This document shows, piece by piece, positions 10,165-22,100 of a DNA stretch of 64,000 nucleotides. Within the stretch, counting starts at the first letter, position 1. Each line of letters starts with the position of its first letter. The position numbers and the translations under genes are program-made. A model generated the notes under the pieces. That model made no database searches, was not told the DNA's origin, and worked only from the letters and a program-made list of their open reading frames with translations. This DNA comes from Pavona decussata (lineage: Eukaryota), in assembly GCA_977016875.1 (NCBI GenBank), contig CDRNST010000302.1, forward strand, positions 310,001-374,000. The letters run 5' to 3'.

Positions 10165-13100
10165 CTAAATTAGTATTTTCAATGTTTTATTGACCTTGCT
10201 AACATCAGAAAGGTAATCAGCACCAGAACGATCGATACTGTTCAGAATCATAACCAAATTAGTCAGGGAGGAGTTTACTGTGAGGGCCTGGGAAAGGGAT
10301 TTTGCACCGGTATTACCAATACTGTTCCTACTCAAATCCAAATTAGTCAGGGAGGAATTAACTGTAAGGGCCTGGGAAAGGAATTCAGCACCGGTATCAC
10401 CAATACTGTTGTGAAGTAAATTCAAATTAGTCAGGGAGAAGTTTACTGCGAGGGCCTGGGAAAGGGATTCTGCACCAGTATCACCAATACTGTTGTGACT
10501 CAAATTCAAATTAGTCAGGGAGGAGTTTACTGCGAGGGCCTGGGAAAGGGATTCTGCGCCGGTATCACCAATACTGTTGAAACTCAAATCCAAAATAGTC
10601 AGGAAGTAATTTACTGTGAGGGCCCGGGAAAGGAATTCAGCACCGATATCACCAAAACTGTTCCTACTCAAATTCAAATTAGTCAGGGAAGAGTTTACTG
10701 TGAGGGCCTGAGAAAGGAATTCAGCACCGATATCACCAAAACTGTTCCCAATCAAATACAAATTAGTCAGGGAGGAGTTTACTGTGAGGGCCTGGGAACC
10801 GGTTTCGCCAATACTGTTGTAACTCAAAACCAATTTAGTCAGGGAGGAGTTTACTGTGAGGGCCTGGGAAAGGGATGCAGCACCGGTTTCGCCAATACTG
10901 TTGTAACTCAAATTCAAATTAATCAGGGAGGAATTTACTGTGAGGGCCTGGGAAAGGAATGCAGCACCGGTATCACCAATACTGTTCCTACTCAAATCCA
11001 AATTAATCAGGGAGGAATTTACTGTGAGGGCCCGGGAAAGGAATTCAGCACCGGTATCACCAATACTGTTCCTACTCAAATCCAAATTAGTCAGGGAGGA
11101 GTTTACTGTGAGGGCCTGGGAAAGGGGTGCAGCACCGGTTTCGCCAATACTGTTGTCACTCAAAACCAAATTAGTCAGGGAGGAGTTTACTGTGAGGGCC
11201 TGGGAAAGGGATGCAGCACCGGTTTCGCCAATACTGTTCCAAATCAAAACTAAATTAATCAGGGATAAATTTACTGTGAGGGCCTGGGAAAGGAATGCAG
11301 CACCGGTATCACCAATACTGTTGTCACTCAAATTCAAATTAATCAGGGAGGAATTTACTGTGAGGGCCCGGGAAAGGAATTCAGCACCGATATCACCAAA
11401 ACTGTTCCTACACAAATCCAAATTAGTCAGGGAAGAGTTTACTTTGAGGGCCTGAGAAAGGAATTCAGCACCGGTGTCACCAATACTGTTCCCAATCAAA
11501 TACAAATCAGTCAGGGAGGAGTTTACTGTGAGGGCCTGGGAAAGGAATTCAGCACCGGTATCATCAATACTGTTCCAACTCAAATCCAAATTAGTCAGGG
11601 AGGAGTTTACTGTGAGGGCCTGGGAAAGAGATGCAGCACCGGTTTCACCAATATCGTTCATACTCAAAACCAAATTATTTAGGGAGGAGTTTACTGTGAG
11701 GGCAAGAGAAAGGGATGCAGCACCGGTATCACCAATACTGTTCCTACTGGAATCCAAATGCGTTAGGGAGGAGTTTGCTCCCACAACTTCATACAATAGC
11801 TCTTTTAGTTCGAAATGTTCCGTTACTAAATTTTTGATGCTAAGGTTCCTACCTAATGAATCAACCAAACGGGACTTGAGGCTTTCTTGATAGTTTGCGC
11901 ACTGTGATATATAGTATAAGGCGAATTGCAGATATGACCTAACCTTACCAGATTCAAAACAAAACAAATTAACTGATGAAGCTACCCTACTTACAAAACA
12001 AACGGCTTTTTCTTCACACTGGGAGGCTGTAATTCCAGTCATGAACAGGAACACTTCTTTTAGTTCATCCAAATATTGTTGATCAGTCACTAAGTAATGA
12101 ATATCTTCGTCGTTAATCTCAAACGCGAGATAAAAGCTGGAAAAGAACTCCTGAAAGCTCTTGTGAAAAAAACCACAACGAAAGGAAGGTTTCCTCCTAC
12201 TAGTACCTGCCTGGATTGACAAAAATCCAAACTTGATCAAAAGACTGAAAATGGCGTCACCAGATTCGTTTTCTTCGAAATCTGATTCCCCTTTACGAAG
12301 AGCTTGAAAGGCCATACGTCCCAGATATATAAGTTCTTTTTTGTAAACTGATATAAGATCTTCGTTGTTGCTTGACAATCCGTTCTTTCTTTCGTATCTT
12401 CTCAAAACAAACAGGACAATTTCAATGTATAATTGAGTTCGATTCTCGGGAAGTATGCCATTGAAATCTTCAAAAAGAATACAGAGTAAAGCTGTATTGA
12501 GAGGGTTTACTGTCAGTTGCTTTAAGTCATTTGTCCGAGGATGATTTCGAACACGAACAGGTTCAAATGGCGAAGGCCAAAGCTCCTTAAGAAGCTTTTC
12601 TGCCAACTGTTTCTTGCCTATTTTCCGGAAGTACTTTAGAATGAAACTTCGTGCATCCCTTTCGGCAAACCCGACAATCTCCAACAGTCTGTCACAGTAT
12701 CGCCTTACCTTCTTTCCAGCTTCATGACGAGATGTAAGAACAATGTGACAATTTGCAAACTCTTTACTTTTAAGAAGGTTTTCAATCATTTCTAGTTTAC
12801 TGGCATCCATTTCATCTACTCCGTCGAGTACTAACAGAACGTTAAGCTGATTTTCGCTGATAAATTGAAAGAAAGCCTCTTTAGCCTCTTTGTTTACATC
12901 GCCAGGGAGAATTTGATCATCAATAGCTTCCTTGATGCTAGATGATTTGATATCACGGCATCTTAAAAGCAACAGCACATCAGTCTCGGGGAAAGACTCG
13001 TCCCATTCATCTTGTTTAGTTGCCCAGTCATAAGCCAGCTTTTGACAGTAGGTCGTCTTTCCCATGCCAGGATCGCCCTCGATCAGCACAGTCCGTGGCG

Positions 13101-16100
13101 TTTGGCAATCTTCGTGAGCTTTGAAGATAGCTGTCATGTTGGTGATTTCATCAGTCAATTTTCCTTGTGTCTTTTCTTTGCCAACGATCTTTAGCCTTGT
13201 GAAAATGTCGTTCAGATGAAAGCTTAAGTCTTCACACCAGGGAACTGGCAAAAGCCTTTCTTCACAGGTTTTGTTAAGCTGACGGATACTCTTTATAATA
13301 TAACTTGGATATGACGCATCTAAGGAAATAAAGCATACAAGAATTAAGTTTTAATGCACAGGAGGTTATGTCATATATATTTAATGTCCCTGCCAATTGT
13401 TGGTCACCAAGAATCCCTGTTCTTCCTATGGCGACTATAGTAGCGAGTATCTGCAACCCTGTATGTTGCTGTACTCAGAATTATTTATAAAGTTAAAGTC
13501 GGTAAAAATTTGACCACTTGAAGGTATGGGTTGTGGAAAAACTCCAAGTCATTAGGGGAATGTACATGTGTTGTGATCCGTATCAGTCGTAGCTGATACA
13601 GTCTAGACACAATCTAACGTGCCCACTTTCTTTGCCTCTATAGCATTGGCGACTGCCATAAAAGTCTACAACTAATGAACTACAGGTAAGACAAGAAGGT
13701 GTGTCAAATCATACCTTCATAGTGTGGCCACGTACGGAAAACACAAGAATCACTCAGAATGTGCGTTACAACAGAAGCTGCCATCACACTAGCAAAAGGA
13801 CTCCAACTCTCTGTTGTTGACTCGGCACCATCTGCATAATCAGCTATTGCTTTGACAATGAGCCACTCAATCTGATCATCAAATGCTGCCATAAAAACGC
13901 CTGCAATACAAAATTAATTTTTACAATGCAGATAAGTGGAAAACTTCATAAGAAGAAAGATCAGTTACTTTAATGAATTCCGTATGCCGATTGATACGGC
14001 CTTGGCAACGTGGAAAATGATGAGAGAAACACTGGATGTAACGCAGACATGATTACTGGTACTCGCAGCAACATAACTGATCTAATAAACAGGTTGAACA
14101 GCCTGTGCAAGTTTGGACACAACGACATGAAAGGACAGCGTTCCTCTCATGACTATCCATGACTTTTAAAAATGGATCTATAACCAGGTGGATTCATCAT
14201 GGTTTCTGTGATTAAAAATATGTAGAAACGGATACAAAATCAAATGTTCTAAAAACGCAACGTTTTCGCCAAAACTTCAGCCTTTATCAGAGGAATGCGA
14301 AAAGAATTTACAAATCTCGCGAAGATGGAAAAGAGAAAATGTAATTTTTTTGAAATAATTAAGTTTTATCCTCTAACGTTAGATTTAAATATTCATGTAG
14401 CAGGTGCATGCCATCGTCTCGATTGTTTGGATTCTTGCAGATAGTAATTTGCCATGCCTCTAAAAGGCATCTGTTGCGCCAATTTGCACTTTTGCGTAGG
14501 ATCTTTAAAGATTCCAAAGAGATGGAGTGACCTAAACGTAGACAATGTTTAGCTAATGCAGACTTGGGGATCTTTCAAGATTCTAAAAAAAAAAAGCTTT
14601 GGCCAGTTTTTAAGACAGGAGAAGATTGGCGTTAGATTTAAATATTCATGTAGCAAGTGCATGCCATCGTCTCGATTGATTGGATTCTTGCAGATATTAA
14701 TTTTCCATGCCTCTAAAAGGCATCTGTTGCGCCAATTTGCATTTTTGCGTAGGATCTTGAAAGATGCCCAAGAGATGGAGTGACCTAAACGTAGACAATG
14801 TTTAGCTAATGCAGACTTTAGGATCTTTCAAGATTCTAAAAAAAAGCTTTGGCCAGTTTTTAAGACAGGAGAAGATTAGTGATTTGTGACAGGAAAAGTA
14901 ATATTTGTAAGTAATACGAAGGTTAAAGACGAAATTGGCCTTGGGTTATATGATATATGGACTTTCAAAAAACCATAGACAGCTTCTGGGGATAAAATAC
15001 AACCGTTTTCTAATAGATCAATCATGAGAAAGAGTTTTCCATCCGATTTCCAAACACCGAGAACTGGGCTGAAAAAAAGAGGTGCAGCCGGGTTTTTTAA
15101 ATCAACTTCGAGGTGTTTGAAAATCAGATGAAACATTCTTCAGAGTGTTTTATTAAGCTTCTCAAACCTTTAATATATCGTGGAGCAATTCAAGGAAAAA
15201 TGCACCAAATTTTATGATAATTTAGATCACTTTTTCAAACCTCCTTTACGGTAGTTATTTCCCTTTTTTTCCTTTTTCTCTTAATGAATTATTAATGAGT
15301 TTAAGAATTGGTGTTATTTTATATTCACGGCTCGACTCGTTTTAGTTACCTCATGCTAGAAAATAAGGCACCGAGGCTAAAAACGCACCTTCTCCTTCCC
15401 TTTCAATAGCAATTGCTTGAGGATGGGACTCAGCAACTTCCTTACGACGCGATTCAGCGCTGACCAGTTCTGGACCACTCAAAAACTCTCCATCACAATA
15501 GACATTGGGTTCGTGAGGTTGGGGATTTTTCAGAGGAGCCTTGAAACCATCAGCTGAATGCTTGATGACGTAAAGAAACCGTCTACTCACATAGCTTCGC
15601 ATACCAGATGAAAGTTCTTTTAATTTTGCAGAAACAACAACGTCGCCGAGCTTGGCTTTCTCGGGGTTGAGACTACTGCAGGTTCCCACTGAAATGACGG
15701 CCTTTGGTCGAAGCACAGGTACTGCATTCTTCATAGTAATCAAAGCACCACTAGGACCACTAGATCCCTCATTCGATCGTATTAATGCTACTTTCACTTT
15801 GTCTCTGTCCCCTGTGTTCTCAAAATACACGTAGCCAATGTTGTCATACCAACATCTAAAGGGATTGATCAGCTGCCTGTAACAAGCCAAGAACTCACAA
15901 TCTTTAACTGTCAGCAAGAGAAAATCAACAGGAAGAGGAGCCTCATCTGGTCTCTTTGTTGTTGTTTCAACATCTTGCATGGATGGCAGGCGTTCATTCA
16001 ATTGAGGTGGGTCAACTTCAAGGTGAGCTGTATTTGCCCTGTCACAATCGCTGCTTGCAGCTCTTGACTCGTCATCGCTGCTCGCAGCTCTTGACTCACC

Positions 16101-18735
16101 ATCGCTGCTTCCAGCTCTTGACTCACCATCGCTGCTTCCAGCTCTTGACGTCCTTCTGAGCGAGATGTTACCAAACAAACCGCTGCAAAAGATTATAACA
16201 CATTTCGTTAACGTAAAAGAACACAATTAACGTAGTGGCCATTTTTAGTTAATAAGTGGCAATAAGTGGCAATTGAACGTTCGAATAGCAGGCTGGGTAA
16301 CATAAGTCCCATGGCACGGGTGCTCAGCGGCCAGTTGTCGATAGACAAACAGATTTATTTCCGGGGTCCCCTCGTGTCCTTTTTGTCAAGACCGTCAAGG
16401 GACCATTGTTTCCATCGACCAATCAAAATTACTAAAGGACATGTTTTCTAAATTTAAAGGGCGCTCCATTCAACCTAAATTTCTGTGGTGCCAGTAAAAC
16501 NNNNNNNNNNNNNNNNNNNNNNNNNNNNNNNNNNNNNNNNNNNNNNNNNNNNNNNNNNNNNNNNNNNNNNNNNNNNNNNNNNNNNNNNNNNNNNNNNNNN
16601 NNNNNNNNNNNNNNNNNNNNNNNNNNNNNNNNNNNNNNNNNNNNNNNNNNNNNNNNNNNNNNNNNNNNNNNNNNNNNNNNNNNNNNNNNNNNNNNNNNNN
16701 NNNNNNNNNNNNNNNNNNNNNNNNNNNNNNNNNGGGTAAAGCAAGGATTAAAGCCAATATAAAAAAAAAGTTAAGTCTCTAAAGCTTACTAGCTTAGGAT
16801 AGGTCATCGGTGACAACACTCGATGCAGTTCCGTATTCTAGCGGACATTGGCTCCGTGAATTGACTACCTTTTATTCTTCCAAGAAACGAAATGAGGCAA
16901 AAAATACAAGGTACGAGACAATATATTTCCTTGAACTAACAAATTCGTGAACTAGAATGTGCATGAGCTTACTATGAACAATTCCGCCGCCTTCCATGAT
17001 CGTGTCGTTTGTTGCAGTCAATCCATGTCACGCGTGACTATTATTTTCGAGAATGAAATAAACATGCGTTCGAATAAAGCTCGGCATTCGAATGGAATGT
17101 AGAACATTTCTCTGGAAATCTTTCCGAAAAAGACGCATTAACTGAGAAAAAAAGATTCAAAATACTTGAGAAACAATTGTTATTCTTGAAATACTTGTGC
17201 TGTAATATAAAGAAAAATTAATAGTTTTATACCGTCAGTAAACTAGGGAAATTTCTACGAGAACTCTGAAATCTCTTTGCCGACATCAAACCTGACATGT
17301 AAATAGGCCTTGGCAAACAGGCTTGAAATGGAAATCCGATGTCAAATAATTTTCATAAATTTAAAACATTGCTGCTGAAAAATTCATGAATTGGAAACTT
17401 TTGGCATTAGGAAAAGGATTTCAAGAAAAAAAAATTGGAGGGATGTAACTGTGCCAGAAAGCGTCCAGTCGTGTTTTGAACTTTCCATACATTATCCTGT
17501 GTTTTTTTCCCGCGAACTATTTTTAGTAGCAGTTCACGGCTGGTTCGCTTTACAGACAAATGTATGGAAAGTTCATAGTAAGTTCATACACATTCTAGTT
17601 CAAAAATTTGTTAGTTCAAGGAAATATATTGTCTCGTACTTTGTATTTTTGCCTCATTTCGTTTCTTAGAAGAATAAAAGGTAGTCAATTCACGGAACCA
17701 ATGTCCGCCAGAATACGGAACTGCATCGAGTGTTGTCACCGATGACCTATCCTAAGCTAGTATTAAGCTTTAGAGACTTAACTTTTTTATATTGGCTTTA
17801 ATCCTTATTTGACTAGCAAATGACCTGTGATGTTGAAAAAAGAAAAAGAAAAAAAAAAAAAAGGAAAAAAAAATAAAATAAAAAAATAAAAAAAATGACC
17901 CCAACCCCGACCCCGCGTTTTACTGACACCCAAATTTCTGGTACAGAATCAAATAAATGGACAACCTGGTGTTCTTTTTCCCGGAAATCTGGAAATTCCG
18001 GGAATTTTGATTTTCTACCATTTTACACAAATCCGTTGTATTCCCATAAATGTCCTTTTAATTCACCGGTTCTCCTATAAAAAGCTGTAGACGTTCTCGG
18101 AAATTGTGTGTGCTCCTGGAAATCCACTTTACAAAACATTACAGGTTTGAATGAGAATTTTACCGTGCTTCATGTTAAATTGGTCGAATTGTCATATTTC
18201 AAATAGCTTTAGCAAAATTTCCGAAAAACTAGCTCGATTTAATCAGGTTTAATTTGGTCAAGAGATGGTGCTTTAGTGACTCGCAGTTTGCTTGCATCGG
18301 TCGCCTCACTCGAGGAGAAAATTGGACGAATTTGCTTTTCAGGCGTGAACACAGGTCTGTCTGAATTAATTATATTTAAGTAAGAAAGCTTAATGTCTGA
18401 TTATCTGTGTGTCTTGATCCACTGACTTTCTTCACCACGAGATCTTATGTCAACCGTGTCTATTTATTACTTTCTCCAGTGCGTACGTGTAAACAAACCG
18501 AAATCCTCCGGCGCATACCAAATTCGCCCATATGACAACACGATCAAATTACGCTACACAATTTTGGCATTGGCAAGAGCTGTTCATTTAAACATCTGCA
18601 TTTAATACAACATTGCTTTTTTGCTACAATATTCTACAAAATAAAGCAGTAGCCACATGCAGTCATAAACAGCCTTTTATGTAAACTTGTTTCTACGTAC
18701 CTCACAAAGCTCCTGAAACGTGAAAATCGATTCAT
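10165..18735 (-). CDS. NLR-like immune receptor A: PNP_UDP/ATP-nucleosidase-like - NACHT - 19 LRR; exons 18735-18701, 16182-15389, 13900-13715, 13319-10165 (~1389 aa)
   Basis: GT-AG junctions with consistent phases (2,1,1; 4170 nt total). PNP motifs: VISVGTC, LGDVVVS, AIEREGEG|VFMAA, WLIVKAIADYADG. NACHT: Walker A GDPGMGKT, Walker B LLVLDGVDE, VLTSR, NPL, FFHKSFQEFF. 28-aa LRRs. The first coding exon lies across an assembly gap and is less certain. Confidence 0.85.
10170..11770 (-). repeat. 84-bp coding tandem repeat (19 RI-like LRR units, one with a 4-aa deletion)
   Basis: LTNLxLSxNSIGDTGAxxLSQALTVNSS repeated, with high DNA identity between units. Confidence 0.95.
14377..14877. repeat. ~250-bp tandem duplication in an NLR A intron
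   Basis: cgttagatttaaatattcatgtagca... at 14377 and 14630, near identical. Confidence 0.85.
16501..16733. other. Assembly gap
   Basis: N run. Confidence 1.
16743..17806. mobile_element. Non-autonomous DNA transposon / foldback element with ~240-bp TIRs
   Basis: 16743-16979 is the reverse complement of 17571-17806; the left end abuts the gap. Confidence 0.8.
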
Positions 18736-19109
18736 TGGACGTCAACTACACCTGCATATGGCGTAATAAAAATGCGTTAAGTGAGATAAAACAAAGCCAA
18801 AGATAAATAAAATATTGTTGAGCAATGAGTTTATATATTCAGAAAAAAAAATTCTGCACGCCGCCCTACAACCGCAGTTATAGTCAAAATCCAGAGTCTC
18901 TCTTGAAAGTCAAACGTTTCCATCTGCCATTTTGATTTGCTTAAGAAACGTTGCAAGCGTATCATTAACGAAGGTAACCGAGCCAATTTTGGTTTTTCCT
19001 ATAATGGTGAACAGGTAAGAATAATGTTTCTGGTATGACGTGTGTGATACGCCTAACCTAGTCCCGTTTATAATAATAGCACCAAATTTGTTTAATGAAT
19101 AATAAGACT

Positions 19110-22100
19110 AATAAGTATCATCATCCGAGAGTATCATACAGAAAGTCTTGATGCTCTGGCATTGATCTAAGAAACTAAAATTTAAAAGAAATTTGAAAGA
19201 AAATATTTGTTTCTAAAAGTAGATGAAATGAAAGTCATTTCAACTATGCAAAATATTTAGCAAAAGGATGAGTCTTAAACGTTTAAAACTGCTCAATGAA
19301 TCTCCTGAAGGAATGAAAAAATTAGGCAATGAGTTCTACTGTCTTAGAACAACTGTTGCTTAACTCTTGGTATTAGTTATGGTACAACAAGAAAGTTCTG
19401 CAACGCTGATCTCATGGAACGTTCAGGTTTATAACTACGTAAAGCTCCTTTATATCATATGGTTTTTGGTCATTCAAATAAATAACTTTTTACTATTTTT
19501 CAATTTTTTTTTAATTTTTAAATAACTTATTTTGTTCTAGCTCCTTTTCTTTCCGGCTCCGTACCAAAAGCTCTAAGTATATGCATCAGCGAAATTATAA
19601 CCAGTTCAAACGAACCAAAAAATATTCTAAATGGTTGAAAACATCGCTCATTTACATCAATGGCTTTCAAGCTATCACGAGTTTAAGTTGATCCCGACGG
19701 ATTGGTGTTCAATATTTCGTTTTTTCCCCTTTTATTAGAGAATTAATTTGAAATGATTAGAATTATTGTCGTTTGGAGGAGGTTTGTAATGGTTTGGTCT
19801 GATAGAATTTAAAGTACGTTGATAAGAGTACTAAACAAAACTAATTACTTGATCCGAATATAAGTGCATGTTCGCAATAAGGAAATAACGTCACAATATT
19901 CATCACAGTTAACGTTGCCTTCAACGTTGGGTAGTCTTACACACTATTAATTTTACGAACTTTCAACGATTTTCATATTCGTAACAAGTAAAGGTTGGCA
20001 TTAAAATGAAAAGCTCTTGATTACTGTATGAGTAAAATTATGACTCACGAATACGTTACATGCCAGTTTAGTGATTTCAAAACACTCTGAGCTTAGGAAG
20101 GACTCAGTGTTAGGTGTTATGTTGATGATGATATTGTTATAACTACACTAAAACGCACGTAAGAACGCGAACATTGCAATCATGTCAATTATGGCGGTGC
20201 TTACCAGATGCCCATAAAAGCGACTCCCTAACTCTCTGAACTGATTGGCTTACACGCTTTCATAAATTTCGGAAATAACTATCAGTTTAAAACGGATGGA
20301 AGTGTCAGATACATACCTACATCATCACATATACAAAAAGAAAAGGACACGCTGTTTATCAAAGAGTGGCAGGCGAGGGCGGCTGACAGAAGTGAAAAAG
20401 GAACTCGACCAGAGCTGATTTCGATAAGGCGTAGCATAGCAACAGTGTTTTGTTCGATCAGACACCAAACAAGCTAGTAGCATAAAAACAACTGCCTCCC
20501 GTGTATTTTAGCTGTTTATTAATCTCATTCATAATTGCAACTTTTAATGAAAATAGTAACTCACTAACTCATTTTTGTATACAAAGGAACTAAACTTTGT
20601 TAAACTATTTATAGCAAACGTTGAGAGTTCTGTGTTACTGAAATATTCACAACACACAAGTCACGCTAATTGTCCACGCAAAGCAAATAGTTCTGACTTT
20701 GGTTTATAAATAATACTGAAGTAATAATAAGTATAAAGATCATTATATGGAAGTCTTCATGCTCTAACAATAATCTAAAACTCTAAAAATTAAAAGAAAG
20801 TTAAAAGAAAAACATTTTTACCGGTAGATAAATTGAAAGTCATTTCAACTATGCCAAACATTTGATAAAAGTATTAGCCTTGAACGTTTAAAACTGCTCC
20901 TTGAATGAAAATTAACCAATGACATCCACAGCCTTTGAACAGCTGTTTGAAATGCTCGTTCCCATTAAGTCTTGTATTGGTTGATGGTACAACGAGAAAG
21001 TTTTGAAACGCTGATTTCAAGGAAAGTTCAAGTTTATAACTACATAAAGCTCCTTTATATATTACGGTGCTTGGTCATTCAATAAATAAAAAAAATGTTT
21101 TATATTTTGTTACTTGCTTTAATTTCCAAATACTTCATTTTGTCTTAACTCCTTTTTTACTGGGTATGAAGAAAAACGTTCTATTTTAAAATTGCATACA
21201 TCAGAGCCATTATAAGCTGTTCAGACGAAACTGAATAATATTGTAAATAGTACTAACAATCGCTCATTTAAATTATTTTTAGGTTATATTTATTAAGGCC
21301 AAGCTCGCTCATACTACTGCATATTTGTCAATATGCCTATCACTGAGAATGCTGTAGAAGCGTTAATAATATCAACATTAAAGTTATAAACACCGAATGA
21401 CACATTAAAAAAACAAGCGATTTGCAAGTTTCGCAACAGTTTTAGTTGTTTGCGCTCAGTCATTAAACTAATAATTGCCGACAACCATTTCATGTACGAG
21501 AAAACGTATTTGATTTTAAAACGTCAAACAGACTATTAGTGCATAAACAAATGTCTCATAATAATTAACCGTTTCAACTGTTCGAGATTTTAACACTTTT
21601 CTGAGTTGCACCGATGAAGAATAAAAGTTAAGCATTGACTAATAATTCCTTGCTATCGATGAAACTCGACGCAAAACAATTTTGATATCGAAATATTCCC
21701 AACTTACAAGGCACGCCATATTAACTATGCACAGTTTTAATTAACTGATACTTCTGGAATCTTTGTAAATAAGGCTGTAGTATTCTCGGTGTTTCATAAT
21801 TAAAAACTTTCAGTAAGTTTTATTGCACTTCTGTTTTCCTGCCCTCTTTAACGCAATATCGAGGACTTCTATATGGATTGGTCAGTTAAAACGATTTAGA
21901 GAATATTCGAAGATTTTAAAAACCTGGTCATTTAAATAAAATTAAAGGCACCCACGCTATGATTGATAGGTCTGATAGCTGTTAGTTTGTTGAGCAACAT
22001 TTCGTCTACTGCTCAACTCAATTTGTCATCAAATAATAACCGATTGTAATTATTAACAGTGATAATCAGTTTGGTTCAGAGGTTTGCAAAGCGCCTGTCT

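Noticed and set aside
10495-11890. Plus-strand repetitive ORFs (252, 171, 138 aa), and similar ones at 52425-53585
   Set aside because: Antisense shadows of the 84-bp LRR repeats
14255-14295. Hammerhead-like motif on the minus strand
   Set aside because: Core is mutated (CTGATAA) and the stems do not pair convincingly
15351-16226. Stand-alone nucleoside phosphorylase genes (also 56667-57368)
   Set aside because: The domain is incomplete in the ORF and is completed by the next exon; splice phases continue into NACHT
16470-16757. ORFs spanning N runs (also 28420-28781)
   Set aside because: Artefacts of assembly gaps
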